This document shows positions 61,588-64,000 of a DNA stretch of 64,000 nt, piece by piece. The notes beneath the pieces are model-generated. The model ran no database searches. It was not told the DNA's origin and saw only the letters and a program-made list of their open reading frames with translations. The first letter of the stretch is position 1. Each line of letters begins with the position of its first letter. A program made the position numbers and the translations under genes. This DNA comes from Macrostomum lignano (lineage: Eukaryota), in the NCBI GenBank assembly GCA_002269645.1, contig NIVC01000130.1:496001-560000 (forward strand), given 5' to 3'.

Positions 61588-63848
61588 CTAGAAAGTCGAC
61601 CCGTTCGAACTCGTAAAGAAATTTATCCGACTGGCAAACAGCTTTGCAGCGTCGAATACATTCGAAGCAACAGTACGAGCATTGTGCGGGTAGCCCAGGT
61701 GTCTGAACCGGTGAATAGCGATTGTGCCGCTACTGACATCGCTGTCCAATCGAAAACCTTTGGACTTCATCCTTAAGCAGCCTTTTTCTTCTTCGAATAG
61801 CGCCTGCTTGTTACGGCGCTTTAAGTTTGCGGACGCTAAGATTGATAACTCTGAAAAATTGTTGAATATAATTGACAGTTTATAGTAAATGGATTGAATG
61901 ATCTTTTGCAGAAGTAAATGTAGTTCTAGATAATCAGGGAACTTAGAGGGATTGAGAAAAGGATATCTATCCTGATTGTGCCTAAACCAATCACCGAGCT
62001 ACAAGACCGGCAGAGGGAACAGGAGAGTGTTTCCAAGTTTATCAACTGGTCCCAGCCAATCACCGAGCTTCGAGACGGGCAGAGAGAGCAGGAGAGTGTG
62101 TCCAAGTTTAAAAAGTGGTCCCAGCCAATCAGCGTGCTTCGAGACGGGCAGAGGAAACAGGAGAGTGTGTCCAAGTTTATAAACTGGTCCCAGCCAATCA
62201 CCGTGCTGCGCCACGGGCAGAGGGATCAGAAGGGTGTCCTATATTTTGAACAGGCCAATCAGCGAACAAAGAGGGGTTGCGAGTCGTTTATTACGCGCGC
62301 ATAATGTTAATGTTAAAAACCAAAAGCTCACTGTTTTCTCCTGACGGATGGTAGCATCTCCAGCGATAATTCTGATTAGAGTCCATCACGGGTGACATGA
62401 CGTAATCGGGCAGCAGATCCACTGGATGCCGGCCCCCGTCCTGACCCTCCTCCCAGTAGGCCTTGAGCGCTCGGGTCAGCAGGTCCGGTCCCGTCGAGGA
62501 CACGGGGTCGCCGAATTTGCGCACCTTGAGCAGCTCGGCGATGCTGCGGTTGAAAAATGGGTGACCCGGCGTGGCGCCCATGCCGGAGTTCATGGCGTTG
62601 AAGCTGCGGTTCCACACGATCTGCGCCTGCATGGTGTTCTCCTGGTCCACGAAAGCCGAGTAGTTGGCCAGGCTCGGAAAGAAGGGACGCCTGCACTCGA
62701 CGTCCATGTCGATGTAGATGCCTGGAATGGAAGGAAGCATAGGTTGTGTAGTACCGAAAACAGAATACGCTCGTACAGCACAGAATACAGTACAGAATAC
62801 AGCACAGAATACAGCACAGAATACAGCACAGAATACAGTACAGAATACAGCACAGAATACAGTACAGAATACAGCACAGAGTACAGCACAGAGGCACCTT
62901 ACCCCCAAACTTGTGCAAGATGAAGTATCTGGCGGCATCAGACTTTTCCAGCGGATGCTTGAACTCTTTGAACTTCCACTCTAGATGGGGATAATGCACT
63001 TTAATCAACTGATCAATGTCTCTGTCAGTCCATAGGTAATATTTCATGTCGGGATTTAGCTTCACGCAGGACTCAATGTACTTTTGGTAAGCCGTTATCA
63101 CTCGTGAGGTTGAAAAAGTTTGATGGAGAATTTTCGGAATTCGTCGATTTCCAGTGCCAGTAATAATGAGCCTTTGAATTGTGCTGTAATTCCCTGTTAA
63201 TTCCCTGCTACCGCTGCTGTTTCGGTCTCTTGCGGGATGAAATTTCGAGAATGAAAAGTTGGCTACTCTTGGAATCTTGAAATTGTTGACAGGCAAGTAG
63301 AGGAAGGCCTGCAAATTGAAAATTTTGGGTTCGGCATCATATAGAGGATAAATATCAGCACAGATCCCTAAACAACCTTTTCTAACGAGAAAATACGTTC
63401 ATTGAAACGATGGTATCACCGGTATGCAACACCCAGTACCACTGGTATATTGAGCTGCAACACCAGGTATCACCGGTATATTGAGTAGCTGCAACACCCG
63501 GTATCCCCGGTATATTAAGTAGCTGCAACACCCGGTATCACCGGTATATTGAGTAGCTGCAACACCCGGTATCACCGGTATATTGAGTAGCTGCAAAACC
63601 CGGTATCACCGGTATATTGAGTAGCTGCAACACCCGGTATCACCGGTATATTGAGTAGCTGCAACACCCGGTATCACCGGTATATTGAGTAGCTGCAACA
63701 CCCGGTATATTGAGCTGCTATCGGTACATGTACACCTGGTATCACCGGTAAAAGGAGCTACCACAGAATAAACAGAAACTGTAAAGCTCACCATCACAAA
63801 TATGCTCGCCACAATTGATTTTATTAAAAGAATTTGTTTTTTTAACAT
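61588..63848 (-). CDS. Glycosyltransferase family 32 (Gly_transf_sug; SUR1/OCH1-like), type II membrane protein; exons 63848-63792, 63308-62903, 62721-62332, 61850-61588 (~371 aa)
   Basis: N-terminal hydrophobic anchor ILLIKSIVASIFVMAFLYL; IPKILHQTF, LWTD, KSDAARYFILHKFGGIYIDMD (DxD), STGPDLLT. All splice phases are consistent. Confidence 0.9.
61975..62225. repeat. ~71-bp minisatellite with CCAATC (GT32 intron)
   Basis: About 3.5 units of CCCAGCCAATCACCG...GGAGAGTGTGTCCAAGTTT. Confidence 0.85.
62770..62892. repeat. 12-bp repeat CAGAATACAGCA (GT32 intron)
   Basis: About 10 units. Confidence 0.92.
63415..63752. repeat. 34-bp minisatellite TGCAACACCCGGTATCACCGGTATATTGAGTAGC (GT32 intron 1)
   Basis: About 9 units. 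Confidence 0.92.
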
Positions 63849-64000
63849 GATTTGTTTTATGTTCAGACGCAGAGATTACAGACACAAGCTTATTAGAAAA
63901 ATTGTTTTATAAAACCCTTGGCAACCTAAGAATACAGAGTTTTTAGTTCTAAGGATCAGCAGTATTTTGGGGTTGAGCAGAGGCAAAACAGTGCAGTGAA

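Overview
Eukaryotic, animal-type genomic window with GT-AG introns. The style (GC-rich exons, a private minisatellite in nearly every intron) suggests an invertebrate such as the flatworm Macrostomum; this is inference, not established. Four spliced host genes can be reconstructed by hand: SLBP-like histone stem-loop binding protein (+, ~17.8-19.2 kb), HEMK1/PrmC glutamine methyltransferase (+, 23.3-28.2 kb), a PLEKHG7-like DH-PH RhoGEF (+, >=35.2-49.0 kb) and a GT32 (SUR1/OCH1-like) glycosyltransferase (-, 61.6-63.8 kb). Bases 1-17.5 kb are mostly transposon debris: a complete but mutated Merlin/IS1595 element with an 8-bp TSD, a Sola-like transposase fragment, an LTR-PBS-gag remnant, MITEs and an unidentified decayed ORF unit. 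A very young 10.5-kb Ty3/Gypsy element (49723-60258, near-identical 1.17-kb LTRs, ATAA TSD) is followed by an unrelated solo LTR. The best leads are three. First, the Gypsy element's ~400-aa extra non-env coding region with SIM-like and LC8-like motifs, its repeat-containing RNaseH-integrase insert, and a second tRNA-Leu PBS inside both LTRs. Second, pairs of mutually reverse-complementary minisatellite arrays that bracket single RhoGEF exons. Third, minisatellites that start at, or copy, splice sites, a stop codon and an X-box. Exon coordinates were read manually and may be off by a few bases.
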